Below the pieces are notes generated by a model. The model had not been told where the DNA came from. It was given only the letters and a program-made list of their open reading frames with translations, and did not search any database. Below, piece by piece: positions 48,625 through 57,322 of a stretch of 64,000 nucleotides of DNA (position 1 is the first letter of the stretch; each line of letters starts with the position of its first letter). This stretch comes from Malonomonas sp. (GTDB taxonomy: Bacteria > Desulfobacterota > Desulfuromonadia > Desulfuromonadales > Geopsychrobacteraceae), in assembly GCA_036526255.1 (NCBI GenBank), contig DATCYW010000017.1, forward strand, positions 8,675-72,674, in the 5' to 3' direction. The translations under genes were made by a program, and so were the position numbers.

Positions 48625-50538
48625 TCAATTTTCGTAATAGGTGTAGCCCTGTAACTGTTCGGCGAATTCCTGCAGAATCTGCTGCCGCTCAGCGACCGTG
48701 ATCAGTTTGTTGCGTACGGCCTGTTCGGCGGTGACACGGAACTTCTCGCGCAGCTCCTTCGGGTTGTACTGAACCATGCTCAGCACGTCGGCAACCGAGT
48801 CGCCAGCCAGCTCTTTATTGACATCGAAACTGCCGTCGGCGTTGATCCGCACGCTGACCACGTGGGTGTCGCCGAACAGGTTGTGCAGGTCGCCGAGGGT
48901 TTCCTGATAAGCGCCCATCAGAAAGACGCCGAGGATGTAGTCTTCATCGGCCCGCAGTGGATGCAGTGGCAGGGTGCGCTGTTCGCCACCGGCGAGGATG
49001 AAGCAGTCGAGCTTGCCGTCACAGTCGCAGGTCAGGTCGGAAATAATCGCATCGCGCACCGGCGCTTCGTTCAAGCGGTTGATCGGCATGACCGGAAACA
49101 CCTGATCGATCGCCCAGGTGTCAGGGAGCGATTGGAAGACGCTGAAGTTGCCGTAATAGATATCGGCCAGCGAATGTCGCAGCCCTTGCAGCTCGTCTGG
49201 AGTGTGGCGGTTCTCCTCAAGCTTTTTCTCCACCTGCCGGGCAATACTCAGGAACAGGTTTTCCGCCAGCGAGCGCTGCCGCAGGGATATGTCGCCGTTG
49301 CGAAAGTGTTCACGGATCTGATCGCGGTTCTCCAGCGCCTCTGTGTAGGTCGCGACCAGGTCATCGCAATCAACCTGCAGGTGCAGTTCAAACTGGCGCG
49401 TAACCAGCGCTGGTGAATCTGCCGGGCAGTGCTTCGGCAGCGACAGGGGCTGGAACTCGAGAATATCGAGGATGTTGAACAGCAGCATGGTGGTGTGGGC
49501 CACGGTTGCTCGGCCGGATTCAGTAATCAGGGTCGGGTGGGCGATCTGCTGCGGGGCCAGAGTCTGTGCTACGGTTTCAACAATGCAGCGGCCGTAGTCG
49601 GCCAGACTGTAGTTGCACGAATGGCTGTGTTTCGACTGGTTGCCGATGTAATCGACCGCCAGGCCGCCGCCAAGGTCGAGGTATTTCAGCGGCACGCCCT
49701 CGGCGGCCAGATCGGCGTAGAAGCGGCTGGCTTCGCGAACTCCGGCGCGGATCTCTTCCAGATCAGGGATCTGCGAACCCAGATGACAGTGGAGCAGCTG
49801 CAGGCAGTCGAGCTTGCCGACCTCGCGCAGTTCATCGACCACCGCCACCAGCTGCGCGGTGCTCAAACCGAAGCTGCTGCGGTCGCCACTGGTCTCGGTC
49901 CAGAGTCCGCCGACCTTCGCCGAAACCTTGATCCGCACGCCGATCAGTGGAGCGATCCCGAGCTTGGCGCTGCGCTCCAGAATCAGCGCCAGCTCGCTGG
50001 GAGATTCAATGACAAAGAAGCAGCGGTAGCCGAGCTTGTTGGCCCAGAGCCCCAGATCGATAAATTCCCGGTCCTTGTAGCCGTTGCAGATCAGCAGCCC
50101 GCCGTCATGCAGGTTGGCCAGCGCCAGCAGCAGCTCAGGCTTGCTGCCAGCTTCGAGGCCGGTGTTGTAGATGGCGCCGAAACGGACGATCTCTTCGATG
50201 ACCTGGGCTTGCTGGTTCACCTTGACCGGGAACACGCCCTGATAGTTGGCTTGGTAGCCGGTGGCTGAAATCGCCGCGGCGAAACTTTCGTTGAGCTGCG
50301 CCAGTCGGACGTCAAGCAGATTTTCGATCCGCAGCAGCAGTGGAAAGTTGTGGCCGCGCGCGCCGGCGCCGCCGACAATCTCGGTCAGCGGAACTTCGAC
50401 CATGCCACTGGGAAAATCAACCTTGACGGTGACATCGCCTTCAGCTGAGAGGTCGAAATTGCCGCCGCCCCACTGGCGGATGCCGTAGAGCTCTGCGGAA
50501 TCCTCGCTGCTCCAGCCTGCTGCTTTGCGACGGTTCAT
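48625..50538 (-). CDS. speA: Biosynthetic PLP-dependent arginine decarboxylase
   Basis: 'FPVKVNQ', 'GLEAGSKPEL', 'CNGYKD', 'HLGSQI', 'DLGGGL', 'TCDCDG', 'GAYQETLGDLHNLFGD'. Confidence 0.96.
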   Translation of the reverse strand: MNRRKAAGWSSEDSAELYGIRQWGGGNFDLSAEGDVTVKVDFPSGMVEVPLTEIVGGAGARGHNFPLLLRIENLLDVRLAQLNESFAAAISATGYQANYQGVFPVKVNQQAQVIEEIVRFGAIYNTGLEAGSKPELLLALANLHDGGLLICNGYKDREFIDLGLWANKLGYRCFFVIESPSELALILERSAKLGIAPLIGVRIKVSAKVGGLWTETSGDRSSFGLSTAQLVAVVDELREVGKLDCLQLLHCHLGSQIPDLEEIRAGVREASRFYADLAAEGVPLKYLDLGGGLAVDYIGNQSKHSHSCNYSLADYGRCIVETVAQTLAPQQIAHPTLITESGRATVAHTTMLLFNILDILEFQPLSLPKHCPADSPALVTRQFELHLQVDCDDLVATYTEALENRDQIREHFRNGDISLRQRSLAENLFLSIARQVEKKLEENRHTPDELQGLRHSLADIYYGNFSVFQSLPDTWAIDQVFPVMPINRLNEAPVRDAIISDLTCDCDGKLDCFILAGGEQRTLPLHPLRADEDYILGVFLMGAYQETLGDLHNLFGDTHVVSVRINADGSFDVNKELAGDSVADVLSMVQYNPKELREKFRVTAEQAVRNKLITVAERQQILQEFAEQLQGYTYYEN

Positions 50539-51380
50539 TCGGCAATATTTTCTTTGGCGAAGGTCGGCAGCATGAAGGCACCCAGGTGCAGATCTTCGTT
50601 ATAGTACTTGGTGTAGAAACCGCGGTTTGCAACCCGCTGACGATCGAAATCCTTGACCGGGTGATGCTTTTTACTGGCGAAAGCAAAGCTCCAGAAGCCG
50701 CTCGGATAGGTCGGGATGAACGCCTGGTACATCTCGACGATCGGATAGACGGCGCGCAGGTTGCGGTACATGTTTTTCTGAATCTCGGCGTGATAGAAGG
50801 GGGACTCACTCTGCGCGACCATGATACCGTCCTCTTTCAGCGCACCATAGACCAGCCGGTAGAAATCCTCCTCGAACAGACCGACCGCCGGGCCGATCGG
50901 ATCGGTGGAGTCGACCAGGATGACATCGAACTCGTTCTGATGGTCGCGAATGTAAGCCAAGCCGTCATCGACATGCAGTTTGACTTTTGGATTGCTGCCG
51001 TCGATCTCGCAGGCCATGCTCGGCAGCAGTTCCACCGACTTGTCGATCACCAGCCCGTCAATTTCGCAAAGGGTTGCCAGTTCGACGCCGGGGTGCTTCA
51101 TGATTTCACGGATGCTGCCGCCGTCGCCGCCGCCGATCACTAGCACCTGCTTCGGCGCCGGATGGGTAAACAACGCCGGGTGGACGATCATATCGTGATA
51201 GACGAATTCGTCTCGTTCGGTGACCATGACCAGGCCGTCGAGCAGCATCATCTTGCCGTATTCCAGCGTGTTGATGATGTCCAGTTTCTGAAACTCGCTC
51301 TCGCCGGAGAAGAGGGTTTCGGTGACTTTCATGCTGATGCCGACGTTTTCGCTGTGTTTTTCCGTGTACCAGAGATCCAT
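50535..51380 (-). CDS. speE: Polyamine aminopropyltransferase
   Basis: 'LDGLVM...DEFVYH', 'VIGGGDGG', 'CEID', 'VDSTDPIGP', 'YPSGFWSF'. Confidence 0.96.
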   Translation of the reverse strand: MDLWYTEKHSENVGISMKVTETLFSGESEFQKLDIINTLEYGKMMLLDGLVMVTERDEFVYHDMIVHPALFTHPAPKQVLVIGGGDGGSIREIMKHPGVELATLCEIDGLVIDKSVELLPSMACEIDGSNPKVKLHVDDGLAYIRDHQNEFDVILVDSTDPIGPAVGLFEEDFYRLVYGALKEDGIMVAQSESPFYHAEIQKNMYRNLRAVYPIVEMYQAFIPTYPSGFWSFAFASKKHHPVKDFDRQRVANRGFYTKYYNEDLHLGAFMLPTFAKENIAE

Positions 51381-51418
51381 GCTGATGTCCTGTCGCTATA
51401 TAGTTTATATGACTGTTG

Positions 51419-51880
51419 TTAGGCGATGGTAATGACTGCGGCCAGGGCGCTGCCGAGTTGTTTGACCCGATGCTGTGCCGCGGTTGATTGAATACTGCTG
51501 ACGCTCTGCCCGCGTCGCAGCAGCGCGGCTTCGGCCATGCGCCGGGCGATTCCTTCGATATCTTCCTTGTGTCCGCAGGCGGCGTAGGCTCTGGCAACAC
51601 CGGCCGCGGCGCTGTCGGTCGGCCAGGCAACGGCGACTGCGGCGGAGATGATCTCGCCGGGGATTTCACTGCTGATTTGAGCGGTCAACGCCGGAACCAG
51701 CAGCGCTTCGTTCAGCGCTTGCGGGTCGGTTAATGCCGCACCAGGTGGCAGCAGTGAACAGCCGTCAATCAGGTTCAACTGACCGATTCCGGCTTCGATC
51801 CGCGCGCTGTCCAGAGCGTCGGCGCTGGTCGCCCCTTCGCTGGTGGCGCAACTGAGGAAAAATCTGGTGGCTTTATTCAT
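51419..51880 (-). CDS. Pyruvoyl-dependent arginine decarboxylase (PdaD)-like protein, degenerate
   Basis: 'AGIGQLNLIDGCSLLPP', 'PGEIISAAVAVA', 'RMAEAALLRRG', 'GSALAAV' follow the PdaD pattern; start could be 51898. Confidence 0.75.
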   Translation of the reverse strand: MNKATRFFLSCATSEGATSADALDSARIEAGIGQLNLIDGCSLLPPGAALTDPQALNEALLVPALTAQISSEIPGEIISAAVAVAWPTDSAAAGVARAYAACGHKEDIEGIARRMAEAALLRRGQSVSSIQSTAAQHRVKQLGSALAAVITIA

Positions 51881-51927
51881 CCGGAAATCCGACTCCATCA
51901 GGGGGCAAATGAACAGATTCAGGTGTA

Positions 51928-51954
51928 ACTATACTCGGTTGCCGTGGGTGTCAA
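51928..51954 (-). promoter_or_regulatory. Possible sigma70 promoter for the polyamine operon
   Basis: Minus strand TTGACA-15 nt-TATAGT (spacing is short). Confidence 0.4.
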
Positions 51955-52068
51955 GAGTTTATCATGATATGGCGGCTGGTTTCCTGCTTCTGCGGATGAA
52001 TTTTTCCCGGCTCTGTGGTAAACAGAGCGAAATGAACGATCCAACTTGTGTTTGAAAGGATAAATAAG

Positions 52069-52881
52069 ATGACCAACGTGCAGAAAATCGGTTTCATTGG
52101 CGGCGGAAACATGGCCGAAGCGCTGATCAAGGGGTTGCTTTCCGGAGGCTTTGCCGCCGAACGGATTATGGCTTCGGAGCCGAGTGAGCCCCGGCGTGAG
52201 CATCTTCACGATGAGTTTGCCATTGAGTTGACCACTGATAACCTCGAAGTGATGCGGAACTGTGAAATCGTCGTCCTGGCGATCAAGCCGCAGATCGCCG
52301 ACGAGGTGCTGGCAGAGATCGCCGGTGAATATCGGGAAGAAAAGCTGCTGGTGTCAATCCTGGCCGGAGTCTCCTGTGCGGCTATAGAAAAATTCTTCCA
52401 GGGCGCACCGAGGGTGGTGCGGGTGATGCCGAACACCCCGGCGCTGGTCGGTGAGGGGGCCAGCGCCATCTGTCGCGGCCATCACTCCAGTAAGGAGGAC
52501 CTTGCTCTGGTAAAGACGCTACTTGAGGCGGTCGGCAGCGTACAGATTATCGACGAGCGGCAGATGGATGCCGCGACCGGTCTGTCCGGTTCGGGGCCGG
52601 CTTACATCTATACTGTTATCGAAGCGCTGGCGGATGGCGGGGTGCGCGAAGGCTTGCGGCGCGATGTCGCTCATCAGCTGGCGGTGCAGACGGTGGTCGG
52701 CGCGGCACTGATGGTACGTGAAACCGGCGAGCATCCGGCGATCCTGCGCGACCGGGTCTGTTCCCCCGGCGGCACCGCGATCACCGGTGTCAGCACGCTG
52801 GAAAAAAATGGTCTGCGAACCACCCTGATGGAGGCGGTTTCTGCCGCCGCCGCCCGTTCGCGTGAGCTGGGTGGTCACTGA
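52069..52881 (+). CDS. proC: Pyrroline-5-carboxylate reductase
   Basis: 'IGGGNMAEA', 'RVMPNTP', 'SGSGPAY', 'VCSPGGTAI'; AAGGA upstream of ATG 52069. Confidence 0.97.
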   Translation: MTNVQKIGFIGGGNMAEALIKGLLSGGFAAERIMASEPSEPRREHLHDEFAIELTTDNLEVMRNCEIVVLAIKPQIADEVLAEIAGEYREEKLLVSILAGVSCAAIEKFFQGAPRVVRVMPNTPALVGEGASAICRGHHSSKEDLALVKTLLEAVGSVQIIDERQMDAATGLSGSGPAYIYTVIEALADGGVREGLRRDVAHQLAVQTVVGAALMVRETGEHPAILRDRVCSPGGTAITGVSTLEKNGLRTTLMEAVSAAAARSRELGGH

Positions 52882-52894
52882 TTCCATTTTATTG

Positions 52895-52935
52895 ACCGCC
52901 TGTCCGGTCTTCCCGGCAGGCGGTTTTTGCTTTTT
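52895..52935 (+). terminator. Intrinsic terminator after proC
   Basis: ACCGCCTG-T-CCGG / CCGG-CAGGCGGT hairpin followed by TTTTGCTTTTT. Confidence 0.7.
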
Positions 52936-52949
52936 GGCGGTAGGTTTTT

Positions 52950-53585
52950 ATGCTGATTGTCAACTTTTGGCCGTGCCTGCTGGCGCTGACGTTGCTCACC
53001 CTCACTCCGGGGGTTGATACCCTGCTGGTTATCCGTAACAGCGCCCGCGGTGGCTGGCGGGATGGTTTTGCCAGCAGTCTGGGCATCTGCAGCGGGCTGT
53101 TTGTTCACGCAGTGCTTTCAGCCGTTGGCATTTCGGTGATCCTGTTGCAGTCGGCGCTGGCGTTTAACCTGCTGAAGTTTCTCGGCGCCGGCTACCTGGT
53201 CTGGCTGGGCTTCTGCAGCCTGCGTTCGGCCGCGGTGCCGAAAAAGCTGGAGAACTTGTCCGCAACTGCAGGCAGCGTGGCAAAATTCAAGCTGCAACGT
53301 TCGTTACGCGAGGGATTTCTTTCCAACGTCCTGAATCCCAAAACCATTATTTTTTATATGGCCTTTCTGCCGCAGTTTATCGACCCTGCCGGTTCGGCGC
53401 TGCAGCAATCGTTGTTGCTGGCGGCCATCCACTTCTGTCTGGCGATGTTCTATCAGTGCGCCCTCGCTTTGCTGGTGCAACAGGCCGGTCAGTGGCTGAA
53501 AAACTGTCGTCTGCGGCGTTATTTGGACGGTCTGACCGGAACAGTGCTGGTGCTGCTCGGTTTGCGTCTGGCGCTGGATCGGTGA
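52950..53585 (+). CDS. LysE/RhtB-family amino acid exporter
   Basis: 'LTPGVDT', 'GAGYLVWLG', 'GFLSNVLNPK...F..AFLPQF'. Confidence 0.93.
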   Translation: MLIVNFWPCLLALTLLTLTPGVDTLLVIRNSARGGWRDGFASSLGICSGLFVHAVLSAVGISVILLQSALAFNLLKFLGAGYLVWLGFCSLRSAAVPKKLENLSATAGSVAKFKLQRSLREGFLSNVLNPKTIIFYMAFLPQFIDPAGSALQQSLLLAAIHFCLAMFYQCALALLVQQAGQWLKNCRLRRYLDGLTGTVLVLLGLRLALDR

Positions 53586-53594
53586 GGACAACGG

Positions 53595-54821
53595 ATGCTG
53601 AAACCTGAGCGGCTGCCCTTTCATTATGGCTGGTTGATTGTCGTCACCGGTATCCTCACCCTGTTTGCTTGTCTGGGGTTGGCCCGTTTCGCCTTCGGTA
53701 TGCTTTTGCCAGGGATGCGCGACGGGCTGGGGCTGGCCTACGATCAGCTGGGCTATCTCGGCACCGGCAATTTCGTCGGCTACCTGCTGTCGGTCGCGGT
53801 CACGCCGGCAGTGCTGCGCCGACTTAAGCCGCGCCTGACCATCAGTATCGGTCTGCTGCTGATTGCTGCCAGTATGGCGGGGATGAGCAACTGCGAACGT
53901 TATCTGCCGCTGCTGCTGCTCTATTTTCTGACCGGCATCGGCAGCGGGCTGGCAAATATTCCGATGATGGTGCTGATTGCGCACTGGTTTCGCCGCGAGC
54001 GGCGCGGCCGGGCGGCGGGGCTGATGGTCATCGGCAACGGCTCGGCGATCGTCTTTTCCGGGTTGCTGATCCCTTTTCTCAATCAACAATACGGCGCCGC
54101 CGGCTGGCGGGTCAGCTGGCTGCTGCTGGCCGGGATTTCCCTGTTGATCGGATTGCTGGTGGCGCTGCTGGTGCGCAACGACCCGGAGTCGATCGGGCTG
54201 GAACCGATCGGCGCCAAGCAATCGTTTGACGAGGCGACACTGGCGACCACCGAGCCGGCCAACAGCGGCCGGATTATGCTCTATCTCGGCCTGCTCTATC
54301 TAGCCTTCGGCGCAACCTACATGGTCTACGGCACCTTCATCGTCACCAGCATGGTCGAAGAATATGGCTTCAGTGAAGCGACCGCTGGCCAGTTCTGGTC
54401 GTGGGTCGGTTTTTTCAGCCTGTTCTCGGGGATCATCTTTGGCACTCTCTCGGATAAAATCGGCCGGCGCGGCGGGTTGATGGTGGTCTTCAGCGTGCAG
54501 ACGCTGGCCTACCTGCTGGCCGGCTCCGGGCTGGGCGAGTGGGCGCTGATGGCTTCGGTGGCGCTGTACGGCATTGCTGCCTGGGCAATTCCGGCGATTA
54601 TGGCTGCTACGGTTGGCGATTACATGGGCCTGACCAAGGCCGCTGCTGCCTTTTCTCTGATCACCTTCTTCTTCGCCGGTGGCCAAACCATCGGCCCGGC
54701 AATTGCCGGAATTATCGCCGAAAACAGCGGCAGCTTCGCCCCAGCATTTCTGCTCTCAGCGGGTTTGACTGGCGCTGCCGCGCTGGCGGCGCTGAAATTA
54801 CCGAAGCCGCAAGCGAAGTAA
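53595..54821 (+). CDS. MFS transporter (YbfB/YjiJ-like)
   Basis: About 12 hydrophobic segments; 'GLARFAFG', motif A 'GTLSDKIGRR'. Confidence 0.92.
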   Translation: MLKPERLPFHYGWLIVVTGILTLFACLGLARFAFGMLLPGMRDGLGLAYDQLGYLGTGNFVGYLLSVAVTPAVLRRLKPRLTISIGLLLIAASMAGMSNCERYLPLLLLYFLTGIGSGLANIPMMVLIAHWFRRERRGRAAGLMVIGNGSAIVFSGLLIPFLNQQYGAAGWRVSWLLLAGISLLIGLLVALLVRNDPESIGLEPIGAKQSFDEATLATTEPANSGRIMLYLGLLYLAFGATYMVYGTFIVTSMVEEYGFSEATAGQFWSWVGFFSLFSGIIFGTLSDKIGRRGGLMVVFSVQTLAYLLAGSGLGEWALMASVALYGIAAWAIPAIMAATVGDYMGLTKAAAAFSLITFFFAGGQTIGPAIAGIIAENSGSFAPAFLLSAGLTGAAALAALKLPKPQAK

Positions 54822-54832
54822 CTGCGGGACAG

Positions 54833-54881
54833 CAAAACGACAAAAGGGCTGCCGGAATCCGGCAGCCCTTTTGTCGTTTTG
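54833..54881. terminator. Bidirectional terminator, perfect 24-bp inverted repeat
   Basis: CAAAACGACAAAAGGGCTGCCGGA-A-TCCGGCAGCCCTTTTGTCGTTTTG. Confidence 0.88.
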
Positions 54882-54897
54882 TTATCAATCAGCGCGT

Positions 54898-55215
54898 TCA
54901 GCCGCAGGATTGTGCGCCCCCGGAATCCGAAGCGAAATCCTGCAGAAACAGGATCAGGTTTTCATGCTCCTCTTTGCTCATTCCCTCAATGATCTCCGGT
55001 CGGGCGACATGCAGATTGGTCTCGATAAAGTTTTTCCACTCTGCTTTGGTCTTGTTCGATGGCGCAATTCTGCCGCCATGCGCCCCGCTGATGTGGCAGG
55101 AGCGGCAGAGCTGGTCGTAGGTTTTTTTCCCTTTGCGCGTGTTGGCTGCGTAGCTGGTTGCGGCCAATAGCAGCACCAGAAAACCGATCGTCGCGAGGGA
55201 GAGTCCTCTTTTCAT
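54898..55215 (-). CDS. Exported monoheme cytochrome c
   Basis: Signal peptide ending 'SYA'; 'CRSCH'; AAGGAG RBS. Confidence 0.88.
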   Translation of the reverse strand: MKRGLSLATIGFLVLLLAATSYAANTRKGKKTYDQLCRSCHISGAHGGRIAPSNKTKAEWKNFIETNLHVARPEIIEGMSKEEHENLILFLQDFASDSGGAQSCG

Positions 55216-55235
55216 TACCGTTACTCCTTTGCGGA

Positions 55236-56114
55236 TTATTTTCTGAGAATATCCATCGCCTTTTCCAGCGAAACTTTCATCCGGTTAAACGCATCGGCCA
55301 GCAGCTTGATCTCGTCGTTGGTGTCGACCTCGAAAGAGCGTCCCATTTTGCCGCGGCTGATATCGCCGGCCACATCGACAAAGGTTTCGATTGGCTTGAT
55401 GACGCTGCGGCGAATGGTGTAGTCGATGATCAGCAGCGCGAAAAAGAACAGCACGCTGACGGCAGTTGCCAGCGAACCCAGTTTCTGTAACGTCAGCTTT
55501 TTTGCCGCTTCGGTCGGCACGTAAACGATCCGGGTGCCGACCATGTCGCCCTCTTCGTAGCCGTAGCCTGAGCTGCGGCCGTATTTTGCTACCATCTGTT
55601 CAGGGGCGGCTTCCGGGGTGTCGTGACACCAGATACAGTTTTCGCGGGACTCGATCGGTGTTGCCGAGGCATAGAAGCTTTTTCCCTGCCGGGTGGTAAA
55701 GCCCTCCCAGCGCTCAAAGTCGCCGTTGTCGAAGCCTTCGATCAATTTTTTTTCAAAGTCATCGGCCAGGTTTTCCTGATTCAGCGGATTGTGCGAGGCG
55801 ACCCGGTAGATATATTCAGGATGCTCTTTTTGCAGCAGCCTGGCGGTTTTTGCCATCATCACCGCGCCGACCGAGGCTTCAGGGAAATAGGCGTCGCCGG
55901 TCATCTCCTGCAGCTGTGGGCGGACAAATTCAGCCATGTATTCCTGGTTGGCGGTCATCACCGAAACGAACAGTTCGGTTTTCTCCGCCGCCTCCCTTCT
56001 GGTGTCCTGTTCCAGCAGCAGATAGCCGACGCCGATCACACCGGACAGCGATAGGATATAGCCGACGGCCATAATCAGCAGAATTCTTTTGCGGATACTC
56101 AAGTTTTTCATCAT
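55236..56114 (-). CDS. Membrane protein with heme-binding DUF3365 (Tll0287-like) domain and HAMP, no output domain
   Basis: TM1, 'YRVASHNPLNQENLADDFE', 'CIWCH', 'GYGYEEGD', TM2, HAMP 'DEIKLLADAFNRM', then stop. Confidence 0.82.
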   Translation of the reverse strand: MMKNLSIRKRILLIMAVGYILSLSGVIGVGYLLLEQDTRREAAEKTELFVSVMTANQEYMAEFVRPQLQEMTGDAYFPEASVGAVMMAKTARLLQKEHPEYIYRVASHNPLNQENLADDFEKKLIEGFDNGDFERWEGFTTRQGKSFYASATPIESRENCIWCHDTPEAAPEQMVAKYGRSSGYGYEEGDMVGTRIVYVPTEAAKKLTLQKLGSLATAVSVLFFFALLIIDYTIRRSVIKPIETFVDVAGDISRGKMGRSFEVDTNDEIKLLADAFNRMKVSLEKAMDILRK

Positions 56115-56169
56115 ATGTCAGGCTCCCGGTTATGAGCTGTTGAGACGGATATTTTACGCTGCCACAGTC

Positions 56170-56748
56170 TTAAGGGGTCGGCAGGCCGAATTGCTCGATG
56201 AAGTTTTCGCGGGCTGCCTCCGGCACCTCTTTGCCGAGAGCCGTAATAAAGCTGCTGTAGATCGATTGAGCCATCGGCTCGCCTGCTGTGTGGTTGAGGG
56301 ATTTCGTAATGTTTTCGGCAAGGATGGTCCCGAGCGGGCCGATCTGGTCGATAAAGCCATCCACCGCCGCAGCGACCTTGACTGCCGCGATCAGCGGTCC
56401 GCTTGGCGGGGCAGCTAGGACCGGTTTTGCCTGCTGGGGTTGCTGCACGACAGCAGGTGCTGCCGCCGGAGCTTGTCCCCCCTTGGCCGCCTGCAGCAGT
56501 CTCTCCTGCAGCGGCAGGTCAAGTTGCTTGCGTACCGGGTAGCCGGCGATGAAGTTGACCCACTCCAGGGTTTTTCCCGGTAGCGCCTGCAGGATTATTT
56601 CCGGGTCAATCCGGCCATGGGAGATGTGTACCGCGGTGCCGTCGGCGATCAGGATTTTGCACAGATGGACATCGTTGGCGAACTTTATCACCAGCTGCCC
56701 TTGCTGCCCTTTAACCAGGTATTGATTGAACGCGTCCAGCAGCCTCAT
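56170..56748 (-). CDS. Hypothetical protein, PATAN/DUF4388-like N-terminus and helical C-terminus
   Basis: 'GQLVIKF...ILIADGTAVHISHG' resembles PATAN; Ala/Pro/Gln linker; 'IGPLGTILAE'. Fold call is by eye. Confidence 0.6.
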   Translation of the reverse strand: MRLLDAFNQYLVKGQQGQLVIKFANDVHLCKILIADGTAVHISHGRIDPEIILQALPGKTLEWVNFIAGYPVRKQLDLPLQERLLQAAKGGQAPAAAPAVVQQPQQAKPVLAAPPSGPLIAAVKVAAAVDGFIDQIGPLGTILAENITKSLNHTAGEPMAQSIYSSFITALGKEVPEAARENFIEQFGLPTP

Positions 56749-57117
56749 CTACGCCCCTCCCAGCAGCTTTTTCATCTCAAGCAGCAGCTCCATCGGGTCG
56801 TAGGGTTTGGTGATGTAGGCGTTTGCTCCCTGTTTTTTTCCCCAGAATTTATCGCTGGCTTCCGACTTCGAGGTCAGCAGAATGACCGGAATATCTTTCA
56901 GTGCGGGGTCGGTCTTCAGCTGACGACAGACCTGAAAACCGTTTTTACCCGGCATGATCACATCAAGAATAATCAAGTCGAACCTGTTGCTGCGGACCGC
57001 GGCCTCGGCCGCCAGACCGTCGCGGGTCGTGGTGATTTCATGGGGAGTCGAATTGAGGATATCCTGCAGGTAGGCAAGTTCGGTTTCACTGTCTTCGGCG
57101 ATCAGTATTCTGGCCAT
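56749..57117 (-). CDS. PilH-like single-domain response regulator
   Basis: 'ILIAED', 'IILDVIMPGKNGFQVCRQLK', 'LTSK...DKFWGKKQGANAYITKP'; AAGGAG RBS; stop abuts the next ATG. Confidence 0.92.
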   Translation of the reverse strand: MARILIAEDSETELAYLQDILNSTPHEITTTRDGLAAEAAVRSNRFDLIILDVIMPGKNGFQVCRQLKTDPALKDIPVILLTSKSEASDKFWGKKQGANAYITKPYDPMELLLEMKKLLGGA

Positions 57118-57322
57118 CGGCACTCCTTTTAAAGCTGGGGCTTTACGAACGATCTGTTGTAAGCATAATTTATGCCCTTGTTGCGGGAAGGATGCGATCC
57201 GCATAAGGTCTGGATAATTATATTGAAATAATTAGATCTGTGTCAGGGCTGACGGCTATATGGAGAGGTCATCCGTTATAAACGGTGAAATAGCGGAGTA
57301 TCTATCTGCTGTTCGCCATCCG

